From: the human T2T-CHM13v2.0 reference genome, Homo sapiens
Strand: one strand, 5' to 3'
Assembly: GCF_009914755.1 (NCBI RefSeq)
Contig: NC_060933.1
DNA: 64,000 bases
Below, piece by piece: positions 1 to 22,116 of this stretch (position 1 is the stretch's first letter; each line of letters starts with the position of its first letter). Below the pieces are notes generated by a model. The model was not told the DNA's origin. It saw nothing but the letters and a program-made list of their open reading frames with translations, and made no database searches. Made by a program: the position numbers and the translations under genes.

Positions 1-227
1 AACAGAGTTCAGTGGCCTCTAGGCATCACTTCCTAAGAATCTGCAGGTAAGAACTTGCGCTGCTTCTGCTTGCTAAATTCTGCTTCTCAGAATTTAGAAT
101 GAATGCTTCCTCTTTACATCATTCCACATAAGAGCCCTTCTATAGCAACTCCTTTGCCACTGCGCCTAAAATAGCAACAGTTTTGCACTAACCACTGCAT
201 CAAATAAATACTTTCCAATAGCAATAA

Positions 228-506
<279 letters not shown>

Positions 507-959
507 TAGCTGTTAAATTTTCAATACATTACTAGGACTAGGTTTTAATATCCTGTTTATGTGAATTTCCACAAGAACTGGAAAAATGTCATTAAAATGG
601 ACAGGCAATCTGTATGAGTCAAGATACCTGCTACAACTAAACACACACACACACATGCACACATTGTTTCCCATCCTTAACCCATTACCCCAAACATAAC
701 CCTACAATTTCTTTTGGCCTCAATTATAAGGGAAAATGTATTCAGGTTTTGCTTTTTGCTTCTTTGACAATCTAAAAATGCTATACCTAAAGTTTTACAC
801 CATATATATATATACCCACAATATTGTTATCATTTATATTTTAAAAATAATTATATGTGCATCTGTTTATATATTAGCAGAACATCTTTGTGATGATTCA
901 CAAGAAATTGATAATAAATACAAGATAATAGATGTGGGAGGGAGGCTTGCTTTTCACTA

Positions 960-998
<39 letters not shown>

Positions 999-3943
999 AA
1001 GAGAGACAAGGTCTCACTATGTTTCCCAGGCTGGTTTCAAACTCCTGAACTCAAGCAATCTTCCAGTCTCAGCCTCCCAAAGTGCTGGGATTACAGGCAT
1101 GAGCCACCCCACCTGGTCTCCCTGTATATATTTTTGTGCTTTTGAGTTTTGAACAATGTGCCTATATTGTGTATTTGTAATTAAAATGTTGGGAGGCTGA
1201 GGCAGGAGAATGGTGTGAACCCAGGAGGCGGAGCTTGCAGTGAGCCGAGATCGTGCCACTGCACCCCAGCCTGGGTGACAAAGCGAGACTCTGTCTCAGA
1301 AAAAAAATAAATAAATAAAATTAAAATGTTGCATGTAGAATGAAATCCTCCTTGTAAAATACATGGGTACATGGGTGTACATCCCATCAGTCCCAGGCAT
1401 CAGTAGGCCATCCACAGACCATGTTCTGGGGAGCCCAGCCAGCAGCGCCTCACACACAGCAGCCACTAACCGCGTCAGAGCCTCCCTCACTCTTCGCCCT
1501 CCATGTGCTTGGCAAGACACTAGGAAAAGGTCTCCAAGGAAATCATCAGGACTGAAAACCAACACACTCATATTTGAATTTGCCCAATGTCACCAGTTTG
1601 AGAAAGGCCTTTCTCTGCTAGAGGGTAAGGGGAAAGCTGGGGCCAGAATGTGAGGACAGAGACTGCCTGGGCAGATTGTTCTTGCCAACATCCTAATCCT
1701 CAGCTGTGAAGCTGAGAGGGAACCATGGGGTGGGGCTGGGGTGTCAATCAAGATAAACAGACCATGAATGACAGCATGGCAGGACTTTCTCATCTTTCTG
1801 AAGGGAAGTCAGAATTTGGAAGCAGATTCCATCTGCATGCTGATCCTTTCCCCAACATCACCCAGTCATTTATAGCACTCCTTTCTCTCCCCCATAGCCA
1901 CCTGGATCAAGCCCACTTACGCAGTCCATAGAGCCAACTCCCTGTTACTTGTCAAGTTTCCTCCCTGGGCAGAGGAGGGTTTCACTAGCCAAGTCAGCTG
2001 AATCACGGAATGTGTTGAATCGTTCGAGAAAGCCAAGCCAATCCATACGCTACGCTCTGCACAGCGTACAGAGGAAACTGAACCTAAAACCCTTGCAGAC
2101 CAGCAGAGCTGTGCCACGTGTAAGGATGTGGTCAGGGCAGCGGCACGCAGGCCCAACCTGGGGCTCTGAGTCTCCTTGCTCTAAGCCTGCCAGGCTCTTC
2201 CCTGTCTTCTTGCTCAGCCAATTAATACCACGCCTCATTCAGTCCTTCCTGACCCTCAGGGGTTACCGCTCTCCTCAGGACACCTCCACTCAAAAGGAGC
2301 TGAGGCGTGTCCCATCTATGTTTCTGATGACTCCTTGGTCCCTTGTCTCCGTATGAGTGAGCAGTCTCTGCAGCTCTTCCTGATCACCCGAGAGATGCAT
2401 AGCTTCAAGACCCTACCAGCTGTAGCAAAACCAAAACAACATTCACTGTGGGGAGTGGGACAAGGGATGATATGTCTTGTTATTTTACTCCTTGAACTTG
2501 GATCATACTCCTTCCTGTGGGAGGCCCCTTTTCATTTAATCTACAAATGTTAAGAAATGTACAGAGAAACATTGCAATTCATAGTATTTATCTGGAATAC
2601 CAGCTGACCTATGTATTCAGGCCAAATGCTGAGTTTGAAGTGAGAATCAGTGCAGGTCCCAGAGGATTTGTTTTCCCTCTTTGCTGCCCCAAAGGTACAT
2701 TGTCATGGCCTACAGAGCAAGAACAAGAAGTGAAGACTGTGTCCTAAGAGTCCAACTCAAACAGTGTATCATGCTTGAGAAAAAGATAATTTTTTATAGA
2801 TCAAAGGCATATGGGCTGGGCACAGTGGCTCATGCCTGTAATCCCAGCAATTTGGGAGGCTAAGGGAGGAGGATGTTTTGAACCCAGGAGTTTGAGACCA
2901 GCCTAGGCAACACAGCAAGACCCCCGTCTCTACAAAATGAAATAAATTAGTCCATGTGGTAGCACATGCCTGTAGTCCAGGTACTCAGGAAGCTGCAGTA
3001 GTGGGAGGATCTGTTTGGCCCAGGAGGTTGAGGTTGCAGTGAGCCATGATCATGCCACTGCAGTCCAACCTGAGTGACAGTGAGACCCTACCTCAAAAAA
3101 AAGTCATATGGAGAAATTTGCAGTCCAACCCAGAATCACACCAAGTAAATTGTAATCTCTTATAGTAAATGCTCAGAAAATACAGGTGAATCAATGTGTT
3201 GCAATGAAAATTCACCTAAACTTTCACGTATGGCTAGCCCAGGAACTCACCCATCACAGACTCATGATGATGAATCAATGCATAAATTGTTCTCACATTT
3301 GGTTCAACTACATCCCAAAATGTGTGAGCCTCAGAGAAACATTTATCAGTGGAAACCTGCAGCTATTAAGAAAGTTGTATAAAATAATGCAGTGTCTACA
3401 ATAATTTCAGACTTCCCAAAATTTTATTTCTTCATTGTTCAGTCAGTTAGTATGTTGATGATACAGGCATTGAGAATTCTTACTAAAATTCTCAGTTTGC
3501 ATTTTTGTATGAATACTCTGGACTTACAAAAAGTAAAGCAAACTTGAGTCAAAATGAGATCAAAGTTATCCGTACATCGTATAACTGAGACTTGTTTAAG
3601 CAAGGCACAGTGCTATTTGATGGAGTGGGGAAGAGGACATGAAGAATAGAAGTCACAACACAGATTCGCCCACAGCGACTCACGTCCCTATTCTCTAGCA
3701 CGCGCCCCGGTTCAGCCCGGGCCCTCACTCCCAGCCTCCTGAGGTGGGTCACTGAGCTTGCAGGCAGAATGTGGGTGGGGCTGCCCCACCTCTCTCTCAA
3801 CCTCACTGAGCTGACTAGTGGACCTTGAAGTCCTCCCCTCGGCTGAACTCAGTCACCACATTTCTCTGTTCCTGCTTCCAAGTCACTGACTGATGGTGGG
3901 GTGGAGGACACTCAAACAGGCCTTACAAATTCCCGCTATTCAA

Positions 3944-4047
3944 TCTCAGCAGACCCTCCCTGCAGGCCGATCGAGGGTCCTCGCCACCCAGATGCTCTCA
4001 GCAGACCCTCCCTGCAGACCGATCAAGGGTCCTCGCCACCCAGATGC
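3944..4047. repeat. 52-bp tandem duplication (2 copies, 2 mismatches)
   Basis: TCTCAGCAGACCCTCCCTGCAG(G/A)CCGATC(G/A)AGGGTCCTCGCCACCCAGATGC x2. Confidence 0.92.
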
Positions 4048-4803
4048 ACACAATAGCTCTTCTGAAATTCACTTTTCCCTAGTACTCAGTCTCAGCCTTC
4101 CTGTCTCTCATGCAGAGAGATCGTCAGAAATGCAGCCCCTCAACTCCTCCCACCTCGGAGGATCCTTATGTCTTTATGCAGACTTTCTTCCCTCTTCTGC
4201 CTAAGAAAGGTCGAGAATACGACACAGGGGTCCGTAACTCCCTGCCTGAAAATATATCCTTCTGCCTCGGATGACTTCATCTCAGACTGCCCTGCCTCTC
4301 TCCTTCTGCATGTTTTATTTCCTTATATCCTGGCTTTTCTTTCTTCCCCACACTCCATCCCTGGGAAATTTCACTAATTCTCATGAATTTGTCGGAAAAC
4401 TCACTAAATCTGCAACTCCATCTCTTCTCTCTCTGGATCTCTAGACTCTACTTTGCAACTTTTGCTTCAACTTTTCCAAATGCATGTTCCACGAATACCT
4501 CAAACCCAATTCTGCTCAAGCAAGACCCAATCTCTTCTTCCACTTCTCCCTGTTCCCCCTCTGTTAATCAATGACATCAACATCACTACCCCATCTAGAA
4601 ACTGACTGACAGCCTCATCTCCTGCCTCTCTGGATCAACCACCACGTCTGTACAAAAACCATGCTTCTGGCCAGGCACAGTGGCTCACAACTGTAATCCC
4701 AGCACTTGGAAGGCCAAGGAGGGTGGATCACCTGAGGTCAGGAGCTCGAGACCAGCCTGGCCAACACAGCAAAACTCCATCTCTACTAAAAATACAAAAA
4801 TGA

Positions 4804-5158
<355 letters not shown>

Positions 5159-5296
5159 AGAGGCGGGAGAATCTTGAATCTGGGAGGTGGAGGCTGCGGT
5201 AAGCCAGGATTGCACCACTGTACTCCAGCCTGGGCAACAGAGTAAGACTCTGTCTCAAAAAGAAAAAAACAAACAAACCCAAAACCATGAGTCTCA

Positions 5297-5635
<339 letters not shown>

Positions 5636-6750
5636 CTAAGCTCTGCCGGAAAACTAATGCAGACTCATTCATTCTCTGGAGATATAAGACTCCTCCCATG
5701 GGCAGCTGTAGCTCCAGGACTCCATGTGGGCCTGATGGAAACTCTCTTAGATCTGTTCTGTACTGTAAGACTCTTCCTACCCAGTCTTTATTCTGCTTCT
5801 CTCCCCTTCCACCAAAGTTAGACCTGCATTAGTTTGGAGGCTCCCCTTCCCTCTCCCGCTTCTCCCCCTCCCTCTCCTCTGATCTCAGAGGCACTCTGCA
5901 AAACACAGGATCAATCCTTCCACTTCCCTCTATAGTAACTTTTCCTGTCTACCCATTACTTAGAGGGGGGAAAATAAATCCCTTTTGGCTCTGAGCCCTC
6001 CATATTGTGGCCCCATACCTTGTTTTTCATGTCCCTCTGCAATCTAACATTCTAACCACATGGTCTATTCACCGTCCCTCAAATAACCACGTATTTCCAC
6101 ACTTCCATGCCTCTGCTCATGCCATAACTTCAGACGAAGTCTCCATCCTATTTGCAGACCCATCAAACTATTCAATATCTATTTCCTTATAAGTTATAAC
6201 CTATAGCTGGGGATATCTTTATCATCTTTTACCTCCTGACTTTTGTACACCAAGTGCCTGAAGCAGTATCTTATCTTCTACATCTGACTCTCAATAAGTG
6301 CAGAATGGAAGCAGATGGAGGAAGCTGTAGAAGGAGATTTGGCAATAGTACCTTAATAACCCACTGATAACAAAGGTGATAGCAAACACCAATCCAAAAA
6401 CCAAAAGCTAAGCAGTCTAGGGCACTTTATGTATGGGCAAATGGTCCTATGTACCATAATAGCCCTCAAGAATAGCACTATATTTATAATACAGTATAAT
6501 TGATTTCAGTTTGATAGCACTGAATATGTTTTGAGGTTAGAGTAAGTTATAGTCATACCGCTGCACTCTAGTCTGGGTGACAGTGCAAGACCCTGTCTCT
6601 AAATAATAATAATAATAGGATCTGGGTGTGGTGGCTCACACTTACAACCCCAGCATGTTGGCAGACCAAAATGAGAGAATCATTTAAGCCCAGAAGCTTG
6701 AGACCAGCCTGGGCAACATATTGAGACCCCCATGTCTACAAAAAAATTTA

Positions 6751-7520
<770 letters not shown>

Positions 7521-7947
7521 TGGTCGGGCAAGGTGGCTCACGCCTATGATCCTAGTATTTTGGGAGGCAGAGTCGGAAGGATTTCTTCCTGAGCCCAGGA
7601 ATTCGAGACCAGCATGGGCAACACAGTAAGATTGTCTCTAGAAAAAATACAAAAATTAGCCGGGCATGGTGGCATGCGCCTGTAGTCCCAGCTGCTCAGG
7701 AGGCTGAAGTGCGAGATCACTTGAACCCAGGAGGTCGAGGCTGCAGTGAGCTGTAATCACACCACTGCACTCCAGCCTGGGCAACAGAGTGAGACCCCAC
7801 CTCAAAAATAAAATTAAAAAACCCAAAATAGTCCAGGCACAGTGGCTCACGACTGTAATCCCAGCACTTTGGGAGGCTGAGGCGGGCAGATCACTTGAGG
7901 TCAGGAGTTCAAGACCAGCCTGACCAATACGGTGAAAGCCCATCTCA

Positions 7948-8211
<264 letters not shown>

Positions 8212-8288
8212 TCACTTGAGGTCAGGAGTTCGAAACCAGCCTGGCCAACATGGTGAAACCCCGTCTCTACTAAAATATACAAAAATTA

Positions 8289-8549
<261 letters not shown>

Positions 8550-9105
8550 TCACTGCAACCTTCTCTTCCCTGCAACCTCCACCTCCCAGGTTCAAGCTAT
8601 TCTCCTGCCTCAGACTCCTGAGCAGCTGGGACAACAGGCATGCACCACCACAGCCAGCTAATTTTTGTATTTTTAGTAGAGACAGGGTTTTGCCACGTTG
8701 CCCAGGCTGATGCTGAACTCCTGGCCTCAAGTGATCCATCCGCCTCAGCCTCCCAAAGTGCTAGGATTACAGGCATGAGCCACTGTGCCCAGCCAAGACT
8801 GAGATTTCTAGTTTGGGATTCTAATTTTAATAAGAAAGGAAAAACTGATCATAATTTATTTTAGGACTCAACACATTAAAAATTTTTTTTTACTTTTTTT
8901 TTTTCAAAGAGACAGGATGTTGCCCAGGCTGGTCTTGAACTACTCGGCTCAAGCAATCCACCCACCTTAACCTCCCAAAGTGCTGAGATTACAGGTGTCA
9001 GCCTGTAATCTCATCACTTTTAAAACAAATATTTTCACCCCTCCACTTTTACCATGATATACTTCGACATTTATCTGAATATCCCCCAAATAATTGATAG
9101 CATAA

Positions 9106-9669
<564 letters not shown>

Positions 9670-10136
9670 TAACTGTCTGTCTGATCTATTTATATTAAGA
9701 AGGTAAGATGTAAGCCCCTTGGAGATAGTGACTATGTTTATTCAAATGTATATCCTCACTGGGCACGGTGGCTCCCGCCTATAATCCCAGCACTTTGGGA
9801 GGCCAAGGCAGGCAGATCACGAGGTCAGGAGTTTGAGACCAGCCTGACCAACATAGTGAAACCCCGTCTCTACTAAAAATATAAAAATTAGCTGGGCATG
9901 GTGGTGCGTGCCTGTAGTCTCAGCTACTCGGGAGGCTCAGGCAGGAGAATCGCTTGAACCCAGGAGGCAGAGGTTGTGGTGAGCCAAGACCGTGCCACTG
10001 CACTCTAGCCTGGGCAACAGAGCGAGACTCTGTCTCAGAAAAAAAAAAAAAAGTATATCCTCAGAGTGTCTTTCAATAGTAGTCAGTAAACATTTAACAA
10101 TTAGGCAACAAGGTGACAGTCCAATCTGCCTATTGA

Positions 10137-10699
<563 letters not shown>

Positions 10700-10700
10700 G

Positions 10701-10731
<31 letters not shown>

Positions 10732-10748
10732 ACAAAACAGATTCTGCT

Positions 10749-11260
10749 GTGAGGGACTACATATACAAATAGACAATTACCAGACCACATTTAAAAATAG
10801 AACTTTCACCCACACCTGTCCAGGAAACTAACCCGCTTACTTAGAATAAACAATCAAGGAAGCCAGCCTGCTACAAGTTAGACTTACAGAGAAAGCCAGA
10901 TTGCTATCTCTAGTGACAATCCAGGAAACCGAACAACAACTTCCCTAACAATTGGCCCCAAATGGCCAGAACTCGATTAATAACTGATAGCTTCCCTAAT
11001 TTTTGTCCCACTTCCAACATAGGACCAACCAGGCTAAGCCAAACATGTACCCATAACCAATCACATCAGTTGCCCGACTTCTAGTAAATCCTCAGACAGC
11101 TTCCCTTGTAAACAACCTCCAATCAGAACACACCTAAAGGCTTCCCTTTTTTCCACAATAAAGCTTTCCTCTCCTCTGCCAATATGCAAGTCTGACTCCC
11201 TTGCTACAGCAAGCTCATTACAGCCTTTGTTTCTCTCATTTAGCTAATCTTTACTGTTAC
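10749..11260 (+). mobile_element. Solo LTR, ERVL class (MER54/MER73/MER74-like)
   Basis: TG...CA ends, TTAATAACTGATAGCTTCCCTAATTTTTGTCCC and AACCAATCACA motifs, internal AATAAA. Confidence 0.6.
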
Positions 11261-12539
11261 AGTCATTTAATGGAAATTTATTGGAATCATCCTAAAGAAG
11301 AAATAATAATTCCTATAAGCTGGGAATTGAATGAGTCGGGAATGGCCAAAGGAAAGCCTTGTCACAGACTGCGGGGCCTACAGGCAGGACCTGGCAATGG
11401 GCATCATCTGGCTAAAGACAAGTCGTGGCCTCGGCCTGGGGAACAGCTGCCACGGCCTAGTTGCCCCTGGGGTCAGTTCAGGAGAGTGCGCAACCCAACT
11501 AGGGTGACAAAGCCAACACCTGCAGCTGCATTACACAATGCTCCCTCCCTCCACTCACTGCCCTCCATTAACCATTTAGTAGAAATCACTCTGGAACATT
11601 CAGCTGGCACAAGTCCATCATTCTGACAACTCATCTCCTCAGTTCTAGTTGAATAATGTGAACATTGGAGGGTTTAGTTTCTCCTCTCTCTTCCACAAGC
11701 AATGTGCAATTTTGTGTAAACTTTAATCCCTGCAGTTTATCTACGATTAGTTCAGTCTAGTTCAGTCTAGTTGCCTTGAGATGAATTCACTGAAAAGACT
11801 ACACAGCGAGGCATACCATAGCTAAAAGTAACTGGCTTTGGTCATAAAGTAATTTTTAACTTTGAATTAATTATAAAATGAATACCTACACTGCAGAAAA
11901 TTCCAAAACTGCAAAGTAATTAAAGGAAAGCTAAAACCACTAATAAGGGCACCATTCAGAGAAATCAGTGCTGCCAGTGACACATATCCTTCTAGTCCTT
12001 TTGTTGTTGTTGAGTGCATGTGGATGGGGAATGCAGGATTCACTTGAGCAGGACAGGATTTTGAACTGAATAGCTTTGCTTGTTTCTCTGAATAATGACT
12101 TACTTAGCAGCCAGTTCATGATCAAAGTATTTTGTCAAGGCACTTTCTGAATTGTCCAAGAAGAGGGGGAGCATCCTTAGTGACTGATGAACCACCCGTC
12201 CTCCCCTGGTTCTGTCCGGCCATTCTGTCCTATACATGTTAATCCCACTACCTCCAGCAGCCTCCCCCAGATTTATCTAGCAGAGCATCACTGCTCATTC
12301 TTCAGTATTGCACTTCCGTGACCCCTTCCCTTGCCCTAGCAGCAGGCTTGAGTGTTCCCACGTCTGTGCTGCCAGGAAGCTGCTGCGTTTCCACTGGGGC
12401 AGTTGGCATATGGCAGGGTGATTCTAGTGCAACTGGGTTTGTGCACATCTGTAAACTGGATATTCCAGGTGAGTCAGGACAGAAGTTTTCCACTTTGTAC
12501 ACCCATGACCTTGCAAAGGACAAAATGAAGAGAGAGCAA

Positions 12540-12775
12540 AGTAGTGGATGGAGTGTGGACAGTGGAGCTGGGCTGCCTGGGTTTGAATTCTGCCTCCATC
12601 ACTTACCAGCTATGACCTTGGGCAAGTCATGCATCATCTGAATATCACGGTTTCTTCATTTTTAAAACAGAAGTATTAATGGTATTTTCCTCATAGGGTT
12701 GTAATATACATTAATACATGAAAGCACGTTAAAGAGTGTCCAGTACATGGTAAGCACTACATAAATGTCTGAGAT
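12540..12775 (+). mobile_element. MIR SINE
   Basis: MIR core CTGGGTTTGAATTC...ACTTACCAGCTATGACCTTGGGCAAGTCA...TTTCTTCATTTTTAAAA. Confidence 0.75.
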
Positions 12776-13284
12776 TACTGAGTTATGTGTAATAAGTAAC
12801 CCAAGTATTTCCAAACTGATCACAATCTTTACTCTGCAATGAGGACATTTAACACTCCTATAACTAGCTCTCACTACAGTTTTCTCTGTACATGGCAAAC
12901 AAATATTTAATCCAGAATTCCTTTCTGACTACACTGGAACACAGGCATTCACATGAAACCAAGTTTGAGTAATGGTGCTCCACTATTAAATGGAAATGCT
13001 ACTACCAGAGCTTACATGCACCAATTTGCTCTCCCCACCTGGAGAATATTCATTCACCATGACACGTGCACACCTCAGAGTCAAAATTCATCCTTTGCAG
13101 ATGCATCCTCCTCCACTCTCCCAACACCCCCAGCTCACTATTCCAAGAAACAAGCTTTGTTGGAGAACTGGTCCATTTCAGGGAATGGGGGGACTTCTGA
13201 TTGTGCAATATTTTCTGCGTGAATCATCCCAAACTAGATGGAACAAGCTCAAAATGTCACAGAAGCTGCTAGGTTTAAAATTTA

Positions 13285-13628
<344 letters not shown>

Positions 13629-15070
13629 TCAGGAGCCCACTTCCACAGTGAAGAATCAGAATCCCTTAATGTTCAAATTATTCAGCTGGAACCAAGAACT
13701 AAACTAAAAAAGGATACACAACTTTGCCATGTTTCCCAGGCTCTAATGCTCTGAAAAGAACACTTTATTTTAGAGTATATTTATTATAAAAATAGCTAAC
13801 CTAAACATTCCCTGACTTTGAAAGTCTCAGGAAGGGATTCACTTGTTCAAATATTCACCTAAAATACCCTGCTTTAAAGATACACAACTCTTCACTCTTC
13901 ACACATCAAATGAATTAGGATTCTGATTTTTTCTTTTCTTCCTTTCTCTTTTTTTTTTAGACAGGGTCTCACTCTGTTACTCAGGTGGAAGTGCAGTGGA
14001 GCCATCTTGGCTCGCTGCAACCTCCACTGCCCAGCTCAAGTGTTTCTGCCACATTAGCCTCCGGAGTAGCTGGGATTACAGGCGCACACCACCACACCCG
14101 GCTAATTTTTGTATTTTTTGTAGAGATGGGGTCTCGCAATATTGCCCAAGCTGGTCTCAAACTGCTGGCCTCAAGCGATCCACCTGCCTAGACCTCCCAA
14201 AATGCTGAGATTATAGGCATTTGCCACCGTGCCCAGCCAGGATTCTGATTTTCTAAAATGGAAATAGATAAGGCTTCCCTCCGACCATCCCTAAATCTCA
14301 ATTAGTTCAATTCAGCAAAACATGCAGGTTTTCAACGACCATCAGATTTGAAACCAACAAAGGCAGCAGCCCTCAGCATAGCCTGAGCAGCCAACCTGAA
14401 GCAGATAGGCTCCATACCTCAAATGTCCACCTTCAAACAAAATAAAGCTTGCCATCTGCACACTAGATCCTTTCTATCATAGCAACAAAATAAAACAGCT
14501 GCTCTCTCTTCATTTGACTCTAGAAGAAAAAGAGATAAGTATCTCCATGATTGAAAGTGAGATAACCAGATGAGATTTTTTTTTAAGAGCTCAGCCTGTG
14601 CCCTTGACTTATGGATTGTTCCCCCACCCCATGGAAGTCAAATACCCACATAAAAATACCCCTGAAAAGCAATCTTGGACCATTAAAAATATTTTAAACC
14701 TAAAATAAAATTCTAAGAAAGTCTATGACTAAACTGACCTTTCTTAAACAAATGTAAATCTTATTTGTGTGTTTTTCTAGAAAAACCATTCGGGGCAGGG
14801 CACAGTGACTCGTGCCTGTAATCCCAGCATTTTGGGAGGCCGAGGCAGACGGATTGCCTGAGGTCAGGAGTTCGACACCAGCCTGGCCAACATGAAGAAA
14901 CCCTGTCTCTAATAAAAATATAAAAATGAGCCTGGTGTGGTGGTGCGCCCCTGTAATCCCAGCTAGTCAAGAGGCTGAGGCAGGAGAATTGCTTGAACCA
15001 GGGAGGCGGAGGTTGCAGTGAGCCGAGATCAAGCCACAGCACTCCAGCCTGGGCGACAGAGATTCTGTCT

Positions 15071-15102
<32 letters not shown>

Positions 15103-15635
15103 GAAAAAAAAAAGAAAAGAAAAGAAAAACCATTCGGACTCGAAAAGTACTGCTGTCTTTCAGTTGGTAAATAATAAAATTTGGACGTGAGGTAAGAAAA
15201 CAATTGGAAGATACTGCGATCTAAAGAAGCGTGGGGGAGGGAGGCGAGATGTCTGGTCACTTCCCCAGTTGCACGACCTTAGGCAATTCCTAGATCCTTT
15301 GAGTCTATCCGGGTCTGCGCAGGTAATGACACCTCTCAACCCAAAGTATGAGAGCACCCTGGCCGGTGAGAGGGTGCCTGGGAAGTGGGGAATCTGCTAC
15401 AAAACGCAGGGGAAGCTCGCGGGGGCCCTAGGATAAAGACCAAGAACCGCACAACACCGACTCTCTCCTAACACAAAACTGTCTGCTCCGAGAACCAAAT
15501 ATCCCACCTTCCCGCGGCTCCGGAGGTACCCGCCACTGTTTTATTTTAATCCACACATTCCCAGTCCTGAGCAATCCTTACCCCAGAGCTCGATTTTCAG
15601 GGAACCACAAAAGACAAATAGGCCAGAATAATCTA

Positions 15636-15743
<108 letters not shown>

Positions 15744-16099
15744 CTAAAATTAAAACGCAAGGCAGAGGAAAGTGCCTCTGAGTTAAAAGAGTCACCTCTG
15801 TGTTTTGCGACTACAAAGCCTTGTGGGAACCTCATTGAAATCGCCTAATTAGGGTTCTTTTTAAAAGAAAAGGAAAACTCTGAGCAAGCCAGAATGATTT
15901 GGAGGAAAGAAAATCGTGAAGTGGGGTGGAGATTCCGCCACTCGGGGTTGGATTTCAGTTGCAACCGGAGCTAACCGGTAAGTCCACTCTTAATCAGGGG
16001 GTCTTCCTCCTCTTGCAAAGTTTAGGTCCATCCACAGGGCCACTTGGGCTGGGGGTGGTTTAAAAATGTACACTTTTGAGGCACGAAGACTGGGTGCAG

Positions 16100-17100
<1,001 letters not shown>

Positions 17101-17278
17101 ATGATTCTCGAAGCTCTCCATTTCCTTAATTTTGAGGTATCTTTCTCTGTCACATTTCATCTCAGGGAAATTAATATGGGCAGATGGCGGTTCTTTTATC
17201 TTTGCGGGAGCGTGATAAAGTTACTCAACCTCTCAGAGCTTCAGTTTTCTCATCTCAACAGAGCTGGATGGGATTTTA

Positions 17279-17925
<647 letters not shown>

Positions 17926-19428
17926 TGAGTAGCTGGGACTACAGGCACGTGCCACCACGGCCGGCCATTTTTTATTTTTATTTTTAGTAGAGACGGGGTT
18001 TCACCGTTTTAGGCAGGATGGTCTCGATCTCCTGACCTAGTGATCCGTCATTACAGGCGTGAGCCACTGCGCCCAGCAAAAGTACAAAGGATATTAAGAT
18101 AGACATTGTTCACTGTCGTCTTACTTTGAAAGTAAGACGATTTGGATTTTTTGTAAATGTACCATCTCCAGCTGTCTCATGACAGTTTTAGCAAGAGAAT
18201 GAACTTTTAAAATTCCAGTTGTTCTAATATGGGGAAGAGAGGACAGAAGTAATCAGAACATTACTTGTACTTAGACTAGGGGAAAATAAAACCTGTTCTC
18301 TTTCTTGCTTATCTGCTAAGTTTCCTCCTCCAATCACCCTTAACAGATTCTGGGCTCCGTACCCAGGAGGCACAGACTATCCAGAGAGGCAGGAAAGTAG
18401 AGATGGAAAAGAGGGCAGGAAAATACACCACAAAGAACAGTAGGTAAAATGTCTGTATGGCAGACGGAGGCGGGTGGTGAGCTAGGACGGCTGGGCTGAA
18501 TGTCTCCGAAAAGTTTTTCGGCCATTTGGAATTGAAATTACAACCTTCATAAAAGTTGGGAGATCTCCTCAGTGCCAGATGGTGGGGGTTGTGGGGAAGG
18601 ATTGGAGGGAGGAGGTAATCTGCATTTATTCCTATTCCTGTCTATGTTGTTTCTATGTATCAGAGGGACTGGAAGCCAGGGAACAATAATTCCCAGATCC
18701 CTTTGGCTCCGTGGTGATGGATGTTATTTGCCTTCTGCCAAAAAAAAAATGTATATATACACACATATATGTATATGAGAATTGGGGCCGGGTGCGGTGG
18801 CTCACTCCTGTAATCCCAGCACTTTGGGAGGCCGAGGCGGGCAGGTCACTTGAGGACAGGAGTTCAAGACCAGCTTGGCCAAGATGGCGAAACTCAATCT
18901 TTACTACAAATATGAAAAAAAATTTAGCCAAGTTTGGTGGGCGTGCTTGTAGTCCTAGCTACTCAGGAGGCTAAGGCATGAGAATCACTTGAACCTGGGA
19001 AACAGAGGTTGCAGTGAGCGGAGAGCGCACCACTGCACTCCAACCTGGGTGATAGAGCAAGACTCTGCCTAAAAAAAAAAAAAGAGAGAGAGAGAGAATT
19101 GGGAAATGGAACAAAGGTAAAAACTGTTTTCTTATTTTCTGACTGCAGCAGACAGATGCATGGACCACTGCAGACATGACATGCTTCCTTACCAGCACCC
19201 CATCTTGAGGTAGCTGAGAAGCTGTATCCACCAATGGGAATGTCCTGCAGTTCCCCAGCAGGAATTTCTGTGTACTAGACTAGAGCTTCAGTGGTTGACC
19301 TGAAGATAGCGTTGGTATTCCCTGGTTTTTGCTCTTCCAGTTCTTCCAGTGGTTTTGTATGCACCCATTCCTGACATTTAATTCTCCTCTGCTTGAAATG
19401 CATTGAGTGTTTTTTGTTTATTTGTGTG

Positions 19429-20965
<1,537 letters not shown>

Positions 20966-21463
20966 GTGCTTTTTCAAAACAGTTAGTTTTCCTGAATAAA
21001 CCCAAACAAAGGCTATAATGGAAGCCAAAAGCAGATTGAGGAGGGCTTAATGTTTGGGTGAAAAAGGCAAGAGATTCCTGAGAGACACATTCACTCCCTG
21101 CCATTGTATGAGCTTTCAGGGAGTTTTTTCCTTTGCCTCCCCCTTTTTTTTTTTTTTTTTGAGTTTTGCTCTTGTTGCCCAGGCTGGAGTGCAATGTCCC
21201 GATCTCCGCCTCCCAGGTTCAAGCGATTCTTCTGCCTCAGCCTCCCGAGTAGCTGGGATTACAGGCATGCGTCACCACGCCCAGCTAATTTTTTCATATT
21301 TTTAGTAGAGACGGGGTTTCTCCATGTTGGTCAGGCTGGTCTCAAACTCCTGACTTCAGGTGATCCGCCCGTCTCAGCGTCCCAAAGTGCTGGGATTACA
21401 GGCGTGAGCCACCGCACCTGGCCTGCCTCCACTTTTGTTCCTCCCCTGCCCGTTCTGCTCTAG

Positions 21464-21844
<381 letters not shown>

Positions 21845-21846
21845 TA

Positions 21847-22116
<270 letters not shown>

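Noticed and set aside
12489-12515. HNF4/ERR-like motifs in intron 2
   Set aside because: Short imperfect matches expected by chance; cannot be supported without chromatin data.
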